A stretch of DNA of 64,000 bases from Bugula neritina (taxonomy: Eukaryota; Animalia; Bryozoa). How positions within the stretch are numbered: position 1 is the stretch's first letter; each line of letters begins with the position of its first letter. The stretch lies in NCBI GenBank assembly GCA_964035545.1, contig OZ037769.1, positions 14,352,633 to 14,416,632 on the forward strand, read 5' to 3'. Positions 24,001-36,661 of this stretch are shown piece by piece. The position numbers and the translations under genes were made by a program. The notes beneath the pieces are model-generated. The model did not search any database. It was not told the origin of the DNA and saw only the letters and a list, made by a program, of their open reading frames with translations.

Positions 24001-27000
24001 TGCTTACAAACATGAGTACGAATATGTTGAAGATTGCCTGGATTATTGCTTGTCCCTTTTAGCCCTAAATAAATAACAATAAAAGTTTGACTATCGTGAC
24101 TGAGTTAACGATACTTCGGCTCAGCTAAAAAGCACACTCCTTGTATATCAATGCGAAACCCTTTACAAACACTCGACTAGCTTGCCCTGCTTGCTGGTGT
24201 ATAATATTCTAAACGGGTCTTTACTTTTGAAGTCTAGTTTCTCCTAGTAGCAGATGCCTTTTGAATAGTTAAACATCTATTTAATAAATTATTCTGTTAT
24301 TTTAACATCAACAGCAAAACACGTTACAGCAGCAATTATTTAAAACATTTATTAGGTTCTCCTAGACTCGTTTTATTTGTACGCAGGCTGAGAAGTTCAA
24401 ATTTGGGCTTATTTCTCAGTCACTGCTGCTATTGTTCATTGAATAAGGGCTGTAATTTTCTTTTATGACATCTGAAATAATGGTTTCTATTTTAAATTAA
24501 TTTGCAGTTGATTTGCCAAACTTTTAGTCAATATTTGACCTTTATATTGTCTGATTGCTGGTTAGTAAATCACAAATTAAACTATACAGCAGCTGAATGA
24601 TATTAGAATAATAGCTAGAGGGGAATTCTGGTTTTGGCTTGAGATTAAATAATGAAACCTTAATGGACTCAGTAGTTCTGGTGAAGCCATCAATTTGTAA
24701 TATATTTGATGACTTGGTGTGACGAGCATCTGAATAACAGATATCTACTCTCCATTTCTTGATGACAATAACTGGTCCATAGCAGTAAACCATTCTTCCA
24801 ATTTTATTGTTTGAAATGTAGGGATGATTCAAGGGAAGGAAAAGGTGTGAAGAAAATAGACTTTGATTGTATGAATGGAGATGTGGAATGGACAGGGCCG
24901 TATGGTGGTCTCTTTGTAAATATCAAGGGACCAGTTAAGGAGCACGAGCTATGTATACAAGCCTCTAGTATTGGTACTTCGGCCTTGGTTAGCTCTGTCT
25001 CCGAGGACAACCAGCTGAAAAGACTGGTCACTATATTGGAGCCTAAGAACCATCAACACGTGCAGAAACGGACATTGTGCTTCCCAGCCTATAAAGACAC
25101 ACTCCTGTTTGTGGAACCTGATGTAGGGGCATTCATCTCGAGTAAAATAACCATCGAGTATGATATTGAGCAAAACCCCAGATATGGAGAAGATGGTAAG
25201 CTTTTTATTTAGGTCAAAGTTCACAAAAATGACTTAATTTCTATTCTTATATACTGGAGTAGTAAAAGGCATTACAAGTAGATAATTATGGCTTTCATAG
25301 GAATTCGTTTCATAGTGGTGGTGTTAATTTGACACTGTAATTAAAAGTTGTCAGTATTTGATGAATCCAGTATTTACTAGTGTAATTACAGTCGAAACTA
25401 ACCTCAATACTTCCATAATGGCTTCATACATCACTTGATCTGGCGTATCATAATTCACTACTGGTGATTACAATGTATGAAATGTATATTAAATTCCAAG
25501 ATAAATGATTCATGGAGTTTTATGTAAATTAAACTCTGAATATTAGACATTTAGGCTCTTTTCTCTAGAGCCTGTAATACTAAGACGGTTTTCAACATTC
25601 ACAGCTTATATTTCAACAGATATTATTGTAGTAAATTTCAGCAATATGTACATAGTTTTAGTATATCTCACTAGTAATTTTGCCCTGACAAACAAATCAA
25701 GAGGAATTTGAAGTAAATATGCCAAACATTTCATTTGGTTAATTATTGAAAGATATCCAGGGGCCTAGACTATGTTCCATCTTCCACAGCACCCTTCACT
25801 ATATCTCACATCTCTGAATTCCTGGTATAGCAGGCCACAGTCTAAAGGATCAGCGGCTGCCATAGCTTTGTTGTTTCTTCAGCTGTGTGCCAGAAGACAA
25901 ATTGGCTGCTGCCGTAATTTGTAACATGCTTATTCAATTTGTTGTGAAGTCAGCACCTGCTGCCCGCGCTGCTGCCGATACAGTGATTAGTTGGGGCAGC
26001 ACTCATCAGATGCGCTGTTGAGACTAAATAAATCTAATTGTGACAACCAGTAGCAGGTTATTGCTGAGCCGTGATTACAGCTTAGATACTAAAGCAGTGG
26101 CAGTGTACAGTTAATCCCAGTGATATATCATTATTACTCTTCCAGTAGTTGAAAAGCTACATGAGTGGCCATATATACATATGATAGCCTGTGATCCTAA
26201 CAAGTATAGCTACTTAAGTTTGGGAGGATTGGTCCCCCTCTCTTTGGAAAACCTTGTGGTGTGGTAGAATTCAGGCTAAATTTGATAGCACTGATAGTGA
26301 TTTATGAAGACTTGAAGTGATTTTCAAGTGAGGGTCACCTGCCTCCGAATTTGTTTTGGCTGTTGATAAAAGAGAGAGACTAGGTTTATAGCTGCAGTAC
26401 TTGTTAATCAAATTACTAAACACTCTTTTTGAATTCAGTCACTTGGCAAATGAGTAGTTTGTACCTTTTGTTGACAGACAAAAACCGAGACCCTAATTAT
26501 TGTTAAGTTATTTGATCAAATACATATCTAGACAACAAATCTCCATTGTAGTTTACATAGACTAGCTTTATAAGAGTTTGGAAAATAATTCACTTCAAAT
26601 CTTGAGTTGCGAAAATTGTAACCCTTGTTTTTTCAAAAAGAATTATTTTGTAAGATGATTTCTAATATAAAAAAACAATGTCAAGTAGCCCTGAAAGAAT
26701 AAAATACACATCCACCAAGTCACCAACTAGCTTTAGCGGCTGTTTTATGATATTACAAATGCTGCAGTATTTATATCATGATAATATTTCAAGAATATAT
26801 TACAGTTAGTAAATTCATGGAACTAGGACAGTAGATTTGCTCTATTTTCGAAACAACAATTATGAAAAGCCTTTTATTCCGATACTAATCACGAAACTGC
26901 TAGATAATATTTCAAACATGACTAGCTAGGGGCCAAACTTCTGATGAAAACCTTCTTTGAAAAGCTCGCTTTAATGGTGGATTAGGTTTCTCCCGGCATT

Positions 27001-30000
27001 CCGGAAAAATGTTTTATCAAAACGGCTGAATGATTCCTTTGAGAATTTTTAAGCAAATAATTCTCACTAATAAATTCAGATAATACTGCAGTGTAGCTGT
27101 TGCTCTCACATATTTAAAAAATATTTCTATTCAAAAGTTATGGGAGAATATTAATTCTGTTCCTTTGGGCATAATCAACCCAACACTTGGATTGTGTTAA
27201 TATATCTGGCTTTTTCTTCCACCTTTCTGCTTATCAGGATGTTTGGATGGATGGATTCTTCAATAATGAATCAGTTGCTAATCCCAGACACTATCGTGTA
27301 AATATGCAGTTAGAATTGAAAACAAAGACACAAGTTTATCTGTAGAAACTGTATCTTTTGTTGCCCTAAGCTGTCACCAGTCCTGTATCACTAGTGTAAT
27401 TATTTAGTGAGATTTAAATGTAAACAAACTGCTGTTTGTACAAGATTTGGGTTGCAGTCAGCTAGTAATTTGTATACTAAGACAACATGAAGGTTGGCTT
27501 ATTAAATACAGAATAGAATAGACTTGTGTTTATCTTAAACAGTTGGTTTGCATGGCTGAGGTTTCTATAATACATTAGTCAAGTGCTTATGTTATACGAA
27601 ACTTTGATTTATTCCCCAATTTTGATTTTGCATGTGAAGAAAATAATAAATTTTTTAGCAAAATATCTGTGATAGAATGTTTATATTAGTTTTAGATAGT
27701 GTATATTGCACTTTTGTTTTAGTTTAGTTAAAATAATTTATAAATATTTTGTTAACTATGCTGAGAAATTTGTCGTGTCAAATTAAAAATAAGTAAACTT
27801 GTTTATTTTCTGGTACTTTTAAATATTTTATTAAACTCGAGTTTTATTCTTGTAGCGTGCCGTCCCTGTACAGATGAAGAACTTCTTTACAATTTCTGTG
27901 CTTCAGATTTTGGTGAGTGAGAGAAATAAATATCATATCCGTGTTATCAATATTTTCCCACATATATTTTGTTATGGAAATTAATTTTCTCATCAAATTT
28001 CCCTGCTGAGTTATCAATATTGGAATAATCTATTTCAACAATAGAGTTTATCAGCCCATGATTAGTGGGTGTTGAAGTAATAGGGGTGAGTTATTAGAGA
28101 TAGAATGGGGGAGATTAGATAATAGAACCTAGTTATTCTCTCAGCAACTAGAGTTCCAATAATTACAGGTTTTATTGACCAAGTATTTGTAGATATCAAG
28201 ATTTTGCTATGAGGGATGTAGCTAAATGAAACAATCTAGTATTACTTATAATTATATACCATAAAGTATAAATAGTATAAAAAGAATAGATAAGTACTGT
28301 AGAGTAATTGTATCATTTAAAACTTATCAGTTATGTATGATATTTGAGAACCTGTGGGAACATGTCATATATCAGGGGGGACAATCACAAATTTCACTGT
28401 AATAAAACATGCAAAACTAAATTTTATTAGTCGTACAACAAAATGGCCAAATGTTACTAAAGAAATGGTTCCAGTTTCATGTTTTCGCAGCTGTGTTATT
28501 GATGGGGAATAGATTTCATGTAGTTGTGTCTTGAAATATAGAATAAATACTGGGTGAGGGCAAGAGGGCAATAAAGTTGAGGTAAATCAGAGTTAAAGTA
28601 CGTCAAACAACTCACTATTTGGCATCAGCATAGTTGATACAACCTTCAGAAAGTCAGCAAACGCCACTTCGGCAGCACACACAGATACAAGATGATTAAT
28701 CAGTTATTAGATGGTTGGCTCAGGCAGAGAACAAAGCAGAACATAAATTGGTTGACAAAAAGTGACAATCTACAAGCTAGACTTTAGAGTGTAATTAAGA
28801 AGTATTCTGAACTTGAAGCTATAGGGTGGTAGCCAATATGGGAGAGGATTTGAGAGAAAAGTGGAAGCTAATATCCGGGTATATAGGAGTTATATGACAG
28901 TCTGTCTATTGAGGCAGTTCGCTGCGGAATGTGAAAAGTAGAAAATCTCTTTTCAGTGGTTACTTGATTTCCTTTTCCTTAAACCTGACATTGACATCAA
29001 TGATAATGTCTCTCACACCCTCTCTGCTGGCAATCTTACTGCCTGAACTCTTAATACAGTGCAGCCAAACCCAAAACCTCCACAATACGTCAAAAGGTTT
29101 AAATCTCTTGAAATTGGCTGCAAGCTATAAGCAAAGAATATCTAAGCCAGAAAACCAGTGCTTTTAAAATAAGACTTAATTACAACTGCTAGTGCAACTA
29201 AATTTCTACTCCCTTCTTTAGGCACGGGGATATAAATTTTTATGTAGCCTGAGTTTATAATTTTTCATCTGATGCTTGACTTTATAACTTGATTTCTTTA
29301 TTTTATAATTAGACAAGTTCCAATGCTACAAAGTCAACTGCAACTTTGCACCTATATCTGGCTGTTACATAGCATCTGCTTGTACGTGGTGTGTTTTGGC
29401 CAAAATACTTGGAAAGGAAACAAACAATCTCATAACAACATAAAAAATAACACATAACATACTGGTGAAGTGTAGAAAAATATTTATAATCTACTTTTTC
29501 CCATGTATTTTAGACAGAAATTGGCTTCCATTATTGAGCAGGTTTTCATGGGGCAGATGGGGTTGTGGTAGTTTATATAACTCGGCTAAAAAGTTTAATT
29601 TACTAAATGAGAAGTACAAACAAAGTTTGAAAGCACCAATTCAGTTTATCTTTTGAACAAAGAGTCCTGATTGAATATTAATTTGTAGGGACTATTATCT
29701 CAAGAGCTCTAATCATAAGTTTCGACCAAAATAAATGTTTACTTTGCTTTTCTACTACAAAAAAGCTTTAAAGCAAGTGATGGAACTAAGCAAACCATCT
29801 GTTTCGAATATACCGATAAGAAACTATACTGTTTTGATTAGTTAGGGGTGGGTCACACAAAAAACACCACCTCCCCTCTACTAGGCTAAGTAACCTGATG
29901 TAGATCTTAGTCTAGCTAAGCTTTTATTCTTTTGACTTGAGGTGTAAGTGTGCCTTCATACATCAGCTCAAATTTCTAAGATGACAAGTTTAACAAAACT

Positions 30001-33000
30001 ATTTCACAGTCTGACAATCAGTGATTGGAATCAGTGATTTGAATACCCATACATGGGAGGATAGTAGCTTATTGCTGTGAGGAACGGCTTGTGTGATTGG
30101 GAGGCATAATATTTAGATTTTATATTTTACAACCAGCTATCTTTATTTATGTACATGCAATTTTAAAGTTGGGATAGTAAGTTAATTGGTTCTTCAATTT
30201 ATATGACTAACTTTCATAATCAATTTGATTTGGATTGCAATCAGTTTTTATAATTATATATTTTTTTCATTTAAAGAAATGCCACCTCTCTGAAAAAACT
30301 AACTGCAAACCTATAATTAAATTAAACATGTTTCCAAGATGTAGCAGAATTTCCACATAACTTATAATTACTCTAATATTACTTAAACAAACTGTTACTC
30401 CCTCAAGTCCATAAATGCTGCAGTTCCCATGAACTCAAACCAACAATTTAATCCAGCTAAATACTTGAAATAATATTATTAAGTTGAAGAATATTCCAAA
30501 CGTATAATCTCCCATCGTTGTACATAATAGGCTTGTATTTCTCAGCTCCGGTGTTTATAAAAATAAGAAATTATTGTGCCCATGACACCAATCATTGAGT
30601 GTACCCTACAATCATACCCGTACCTCAAGAGTATTGCCATACAATAGTGGTTATTATTTTATTATCAGTCTTATTTCTTGGCCATTGTGTAACCCTGACC
30701 ACCTGAGCTTCAAATGTGTGGGAATTTATTACATGGCATAGCTCAGTACAAAGTCTTATATACTAACCAATGCATGCAGCCCAGGTCTTGTTTGGTATTT
30801 GTTGTTCTAGATATAAATATTTGAACTACCCTCTACCCTTGCTATAAATACTGGCATGCCTTTTCATCATATTTGATAAACATAGAAAATTACAAATTCC
30901 TAAAAAAGTAGATTTTAATTGCTAATTGCTTTTGCATAAATATAGTGGAGTGACAGTTGAAGACACTGACTGCAGGTGCTCTTTCATGTTCCATCAACTA
31001 CCTGATGAGCCTGTCGTCGTGGGCTGCCAAGTTTCTATTCGGCTATCTATCATAGCTGCTCTCACCAGCACTAAATTAGCATTTTTTGTATATTTTGGAT
31101 AAAATACTAATATTTATGTAAAGTTAAGGTTGCAATTATTTTCACAACCCTGGTTATTTTCTTCAAAGTTGATTGAGTAGTTAAAAAAGTTGCCAGTGAT
31201 GAATTTCTTTCGGGAAAAAAAAGCATTGAGTAATTTATGGCTAGTATAACTAATTAAAAATATTTGACTCAAACATAAGCTACTAGGTTATAGTTTAAAA
31301 TAGACAAAAATTGTTTATTGAAAATTATTGAGGCTTATGGAGTAGCAAAAAATCCATTGACAGGGGATGGGCTTTCTTGTCAGGAAAAGCTATCAAAGTT
31401 ACTTTTACTTGATAATTATATTTTAGTAATAAATGCTAAGTTGCTGCTAGTACTAAAGTGCTACTAGTACTAGTTACTAGTAGTATTTTGGTACTGCTAG
31501 TACTAGTTACTAGTAGTATTTTGATACTATTAGTGCTAGTTGCCAATATCAGTAAAGAGTCATGACTCACATCTAATCACCGATCAGTTTTTCAGGGGAT
31601 AGGAATGCTGGTGAACTATTACATGACAGTGGTGGATTCATATACTTACCTATAGGGGGCTAGGTGTAACATTCCCAATAGGAGTGGGTAGTTTAATTAT
31701 TATTCTCCAGTTTGTAACCAAAAGTTTAGATATTCCTTTATATGATGTATCTTCTACTGCTATCAAAAATCCACTCTATTTCGCAGTAGGAAAAGGCAAC
31801 TTTTAGCTTATAGTCCCACTTTGTAATTATTACTAATTGCCCCCATCAACCCTGGCCAAGTTTTTATTAGAGAGGCAATTACAAAGTTGGTTGAAAAGGG
31901 AAAAGTAAGCTATTTACATGAAGTTTTATTATGTATCAGCTAATTAATTCAGATTGCAAGCCCTTGTAGCCACATTCAATACAGGCAATCATTTGTCAAC
32001 TGTAATTGAGTGGCTACTACTTTCCACACACAATACAACCCAAACTATATTAAATGTCTGGGTGGAAAATAAGGCTAGCTTTGTACTAGTAAGGGGGGGG
32101 GGTGTTGCCCCCAACTACAACAGCTCTTCGTGCCTACAAGCAGGTGTTTCTTGCTGCGTAACACTAATACCACATGCAAGATATTATTCTCTTCATGCGA
32201 TCTTTGTTTTGCATGAAAATGACTGATTTAACACACTATACTGGTGATTACAGCTAGCTTTAGTGATGGGCTTTCAATAAATAGAAAACTTAATCTCTAC
32301 TGGCACATTGCCAACTGGGCATCTTTAAGAATTTTCCAGAAAGAGTTTGTAGTCACCATTGCTGTAAACTTTTTGACAGCGCGCAACTTTATTGGCTTTT
32401 GGCTAAAACTGAACTGTTGGGAAGAGAATGACAAATTGACAGTAACAATAAATATGTAAATAAGGCAGGTGTCTTTCAATGTTGGCCAGCTACTTGGAGT
32501 AAGGGTTAAGTTGCGGTGGGGTTTTGGTGAATTGTGTTATACACTATTGCCTATTAACGGAGTTGAAAATTGAATTACGTTGTGTGTATGTATTAATTGT
32601 ATTTCATTAAATTAAAAAAGTTCGTTTCTATTTCTATTGTATTCAACTTGAAGTTTTTTTTAATTGTTTCTGGTTGTAATAAAGTTTGTGCTTTGCATAA
32701 GTTGATTTAAAAAGCAAAGAATGGGAGTGGTGAAAACAGGAAATCCTTGTAGAACCTTCCAATATGTAGAAAGTTTCTTTTATATTTAATATTATGTTAT
32801 AATATTATATTTGTTGTAGTTGCTGTTGGTAAAGTTGAGGATATAAAGTCAACTCCTGCAGTTAACATCCTTCAAGTATCGTTGGATCACGTGAAAAAGC
32901 AGTCGGCTAAATATTTCACCAAAGAGACTGTAAATCTCGAAACTCGCTTCACTGGGAAGTTGTACTCCCCTGGACAGTGCAGTATGGGCAGCAGTGATCT

Positions 33001-33124
33001 CAAGTTCGTATTTATGGGAAAAGTTAAATTCAACCGTTTAGAATTAAAATGTGCTCCGACTTACGACGACTATCAGGAGTTGCAGAAAAGGTCCAAGTTG
33101 AAGGGCACGACATTATGTACATGA
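21007..33124 (+). CDS. METRNL: Meteorin / meteorin-like family secreted protein, 4 exons, 281 aa
   Basis: Exons 21007-21116 (signal peptide MIWRKLLILNPLSGIILYLILNLSNCA), 24822-25195 (C..GDVEW.GP.GGL.VN, LFVEP), 27856-27912 (CRPCTDEELLYNFCASDF), 32820-33124 (FVFMGKVKF..LELKCAP); 846 nt in frame. Co-orthologue of METRN and METRNL. Confidence 0.9.
28500..28900 (-). mobile_element. Possible highly decayed L2/CR1-type LINE 3' fragment in meteorin intron 3
   Basis: Minus-strand translation gives YWLPPYSFKFRILL...K (compare the L2 HWLP...RI.FKILL...K motif) and downstream YFKTQL. Short and frameshifted. Confidence 0.3.
31446..31530. repeat. 33-bp tandem duplication in a CTAGTA-rich tract
   Basis: CTAGTACTAGTTACTAGTAGTATTTTG occurs twice, 33 bp apart. 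Confidence 0.75.
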
Positions 33125-34729
33125 AGAGGGAGACAACTTTTATCATGTCCATTTGCTCAATATAGTTTTAGTCCACTACGGTTGCTGATTCGAGAGTTGA
33201 AATTGATGTGGCTCAAGATTCTTGGGCTATAGTTTGAACTGATGGTACTGAAGCTATTTTACAACAATTCTTGTAAACATATTATTTTCATACGTTTTGT
33301 ACATACCAGATTATATTATTAGCCATCATATCACTCTCCAAATATCTCTTTTTCATTCCTAATTTATGAAATAATTTTTGCCAATATGTGGGAGCCAGCT
33401 AATTACTGTCAACCTAAATAGCCCGTGCTCTCCTGGCACTGCTAATATATACTAAAGTTTTATTCTATTACTGCTGAACACAAACCAAAGTTTAGCCTCT
33501 AAGTCTACGCCCATATTCTCTGTCAACCAAGCGTTCTCATCCATTCTTTTAGGCCCAGGGCCAAATATGAACATACTTTTTTGCTAGTAGATACTTTCAA
33601 GTGTCTCTAGAAAGAACACAAGTGCGCCATTTGTACAGACTATTGATGTAAAGCATAAGATGTAAATTATTTTTGATAAGTTAATGCACTAACATGAATA
33701 GATGGCGTCTAGTTGGTAACCAATTCCTTTGTATATATTTACTCCAATTATTGTCATTTTAAACAAATGCCTACCTAATTGTTTCACTAACTGCTGATGC
33801 GTATTGCTGAGAGGATAATAAAAATTATGAAATTATGTTTATCCAGCTTTTGTTGCATATTTTCAGGCTGCCTAAAGAGGCATAATTAGTTGTGTTAGCT
33901 TCGTATAAACACTGTAACCAATACCTAGTAGTGGAATGTGCCAGGCACTGCTAATACAAACACTAAGCTGTGACTGCACGTGATTTACTGATATCTACCT
34001 TATGTAAAGTTGAAAATTAAAACCTCCCAACTATGCATAATATAGATTCTTGCATGAAGTTTATCAACAGCAATGTTACGTAATGGCATATTATTTTCTT
34101 AAGCTATGCTACTAACTAGCAACAGCTCCTTTATGCCTAAACAATGCTATGCAAAGGCAGTGAACATGATATACATGATCCTGGGAAAAAGAGGGTGGAA
34201 AAGGTAAGCAACTGTGAAGTAGGTCCCCATAACTACTAATAAACATTTTACCAAGTCTTCAACTAAGCTTACCATCGTTCCACTCTGGAGTTAAGAAAAC
34301 TATTTCATAACCATATTCATTTATTCACACATAATGTCTGGCATGGGCTGGTAGCAAATTATTATTTGAAATACATAAATCTGTCTATTGTTAGTTGGTC
34401 GCCAGGGCAACTAAGTTGATAATATTCCAAAGCTTTTGAAACAGTAGCATTCTTAAGGCATTTTTCTCCCATAAATAATCATAACTAATAGTTTACTGCT
34501 AGTTAATATTGACACCCACTGCAGGGATTAGATGTGTAGTGTTATTGTGCTATACCGACTGGAGCTGGTCTTTTTGCCTAATCCTAAGACATATAATAAT
34601 AAATATATTATATAGTCTGCAAGCTTAAAGTATTAGAAATCGGTTGTCTGGTAGTATAGTCAATTAGTCTTGCGATTTGGTGAGTTTTCTTAAGAATTTA
34701 AAGGGAATAGATTAAATAACTAGTGAAAA

Positions 34730-34800
34730 GAGCAGCGGTGGTCTAGGGGTTAGAACGCTGGCTTAGTAACTTAAACATTAAGCCATGTGTTTGAACACTG
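34730..34800 (+). mobile_element. tRNA-derived SINE-like head with A-box and degenerate B-box
   Basis: GAGCAGCGGTGGTCTAGGGGTTAGAACGCTGGC...GTTTGAACAC; related copies at 14882 and 63968; no acceptor stem, so not a tRNA gene. Confidence 0.5.
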
Positions 34801-36661
34801 AACTAGAAAAGATATTTTGAGTTCAGTGATTTTGAGCCCCAATAAAAGCCATTAATTTGATATTAGGAAGAGCTTCTAATAATAAGTTCTGAAGCGCTTT
34901 GAAAAACCCTTTCCATCAGGGGTTTCCAGCAGGGATAGTGACTATAAGCTTTCGAGACTTCACGAGTGAAATTCAATAACTAGTGAATTGATAGGTAACT
35001 TGAGTGTCCAAAAGACATGCACCATATTATTTTAATATTAAAGTATGGTAAGACCATGCACCTTTCATATTTACATGTACTCAGCGTAAACATCTCACAG
35101 CATGAATAATAGATAAAGCAAAGCATGTGATAATTTCTGGTTATATATAAAAAGCAATGCAGTTAGGCGTATGATGGTTGGTGATTCAACAAAGTGTCTG
35201 GAGACTAGCTAAACAGAGTTCCCAGGCTACTTGAAGAGCTGTCGATAAATTTCCCAATGATATCCTCCTGTCTTGGGAGATGAGGCACATCTCAACAGTT
35301 TGCTATAACACTGTATGTCTGAAAACATAGCCTGCTTCAGTGGGCGTTTAGAGTGAAATTATCCCCCCTTATGTGGATTCAGCATTTCTAGTAAATAGAC
35401 ATAGAGTTGTCTTCCTAAATATGAAACTTTTCAAAGGGTATATAAATTGGTTGCAAACCTTATAAGTTAGGTTATAGTAACTTGATAACACACATACTTT
35501 GCTATAAACAAATTATGAAGTATTCAACATTAACCCCCTATACTTGCTACAAAATAATTTAACAAGTTATGAATAATTAATGAGAATGGATGATCTATAC
35601 CGAAAAATATGCTAGAATCTAGATAATGCGCATATGCTGGTGTGAGTAATGGGTTATGAATATTCATGTTTTCCAGGTTACAAGCCACAATATTTTGTTT
35701 ACAGCTACACAAAATCATAAATAATTTTGTTGCGTAGCTTGTAATGAGCAGTAAATGTAGAGCTATGTAGCAAACTCTAATTATAAAATGCTATGGATAT
35801 AGAATGGATAAACAGAGTGAAGCAAGAATAATGAGACATCTAGCAGCTCCATGAAATTATAGTCTATTTGAAAGAAGATGACTCCTAATACCTTCATCAG
35901 GATCCACTTGGAAAAATGAGAGAAGAGAAATATTGCATCAGCAAGTAATGCTGCAGAAACTTCAACTAATAAGACAAAAGTTTGTTATTTTCTCCTGGTT
36001 TCAGTTTAGAACTGTTTCCAGCTGTAATAAGTGCTGGACGTTTCACCACTCCATAACCTGAACTATGGTAAACTGTTTCTCAACTGTACACCAATGCTTA
36101 CCGAAAAGTAAGTGCCACCAGACTTTGTCATCTGGTGCTATGCTGAGTATTCTTCTAAGAGCTGAAGACTTTATATTCTTTCTGGTGATGTCTTTGGCCT
36201 ACTATTGTAACCAGCGTATATCCCTTACAGTGAAATATTAACTATTGATTTAAAATGAATGAATATATGAAATAATTTATTATGCTTGTAGTCAATAAAA
36301 TATATTAAATTTCATAATTTAGCATTACAGTGAAGGACTAGCGATATGAAAAGATTGTGTTTATTTATGAGAGATAATACTTTTTTGAATACAAAATTAA
36401 AAACATTTATAAAAATCAATTGACTGTTCATGAGAATTACTTCTCAAGATATTTTCTACCACATAATTGATCTCAAGGCTGAACAAGGAAAGGTAACCCT
36501 TACTACAAGGCATAGTCTATAAACGAAGGCATGTAATTAAGATGTTAAAATAAATAATTGAAAAAAATATACAAATCAGAATTGTTAAAATAAGAATTAT
36601 ACAAATAAATAAGTTCATAGCAGTAAGGTACCCATGAAACAGTTCATTTAACATCACATGC

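Noticed and set aside
34730-34810. tRNA gene
   Set aside because: A-box present but B-box degenerate and no cloverleaf pairing.
35900-36230. Additional 3' TICRR exon
   Set aside because: Minus-strand frames examined hit stops quickly and the preceding exon already ends in TAG at 36662.
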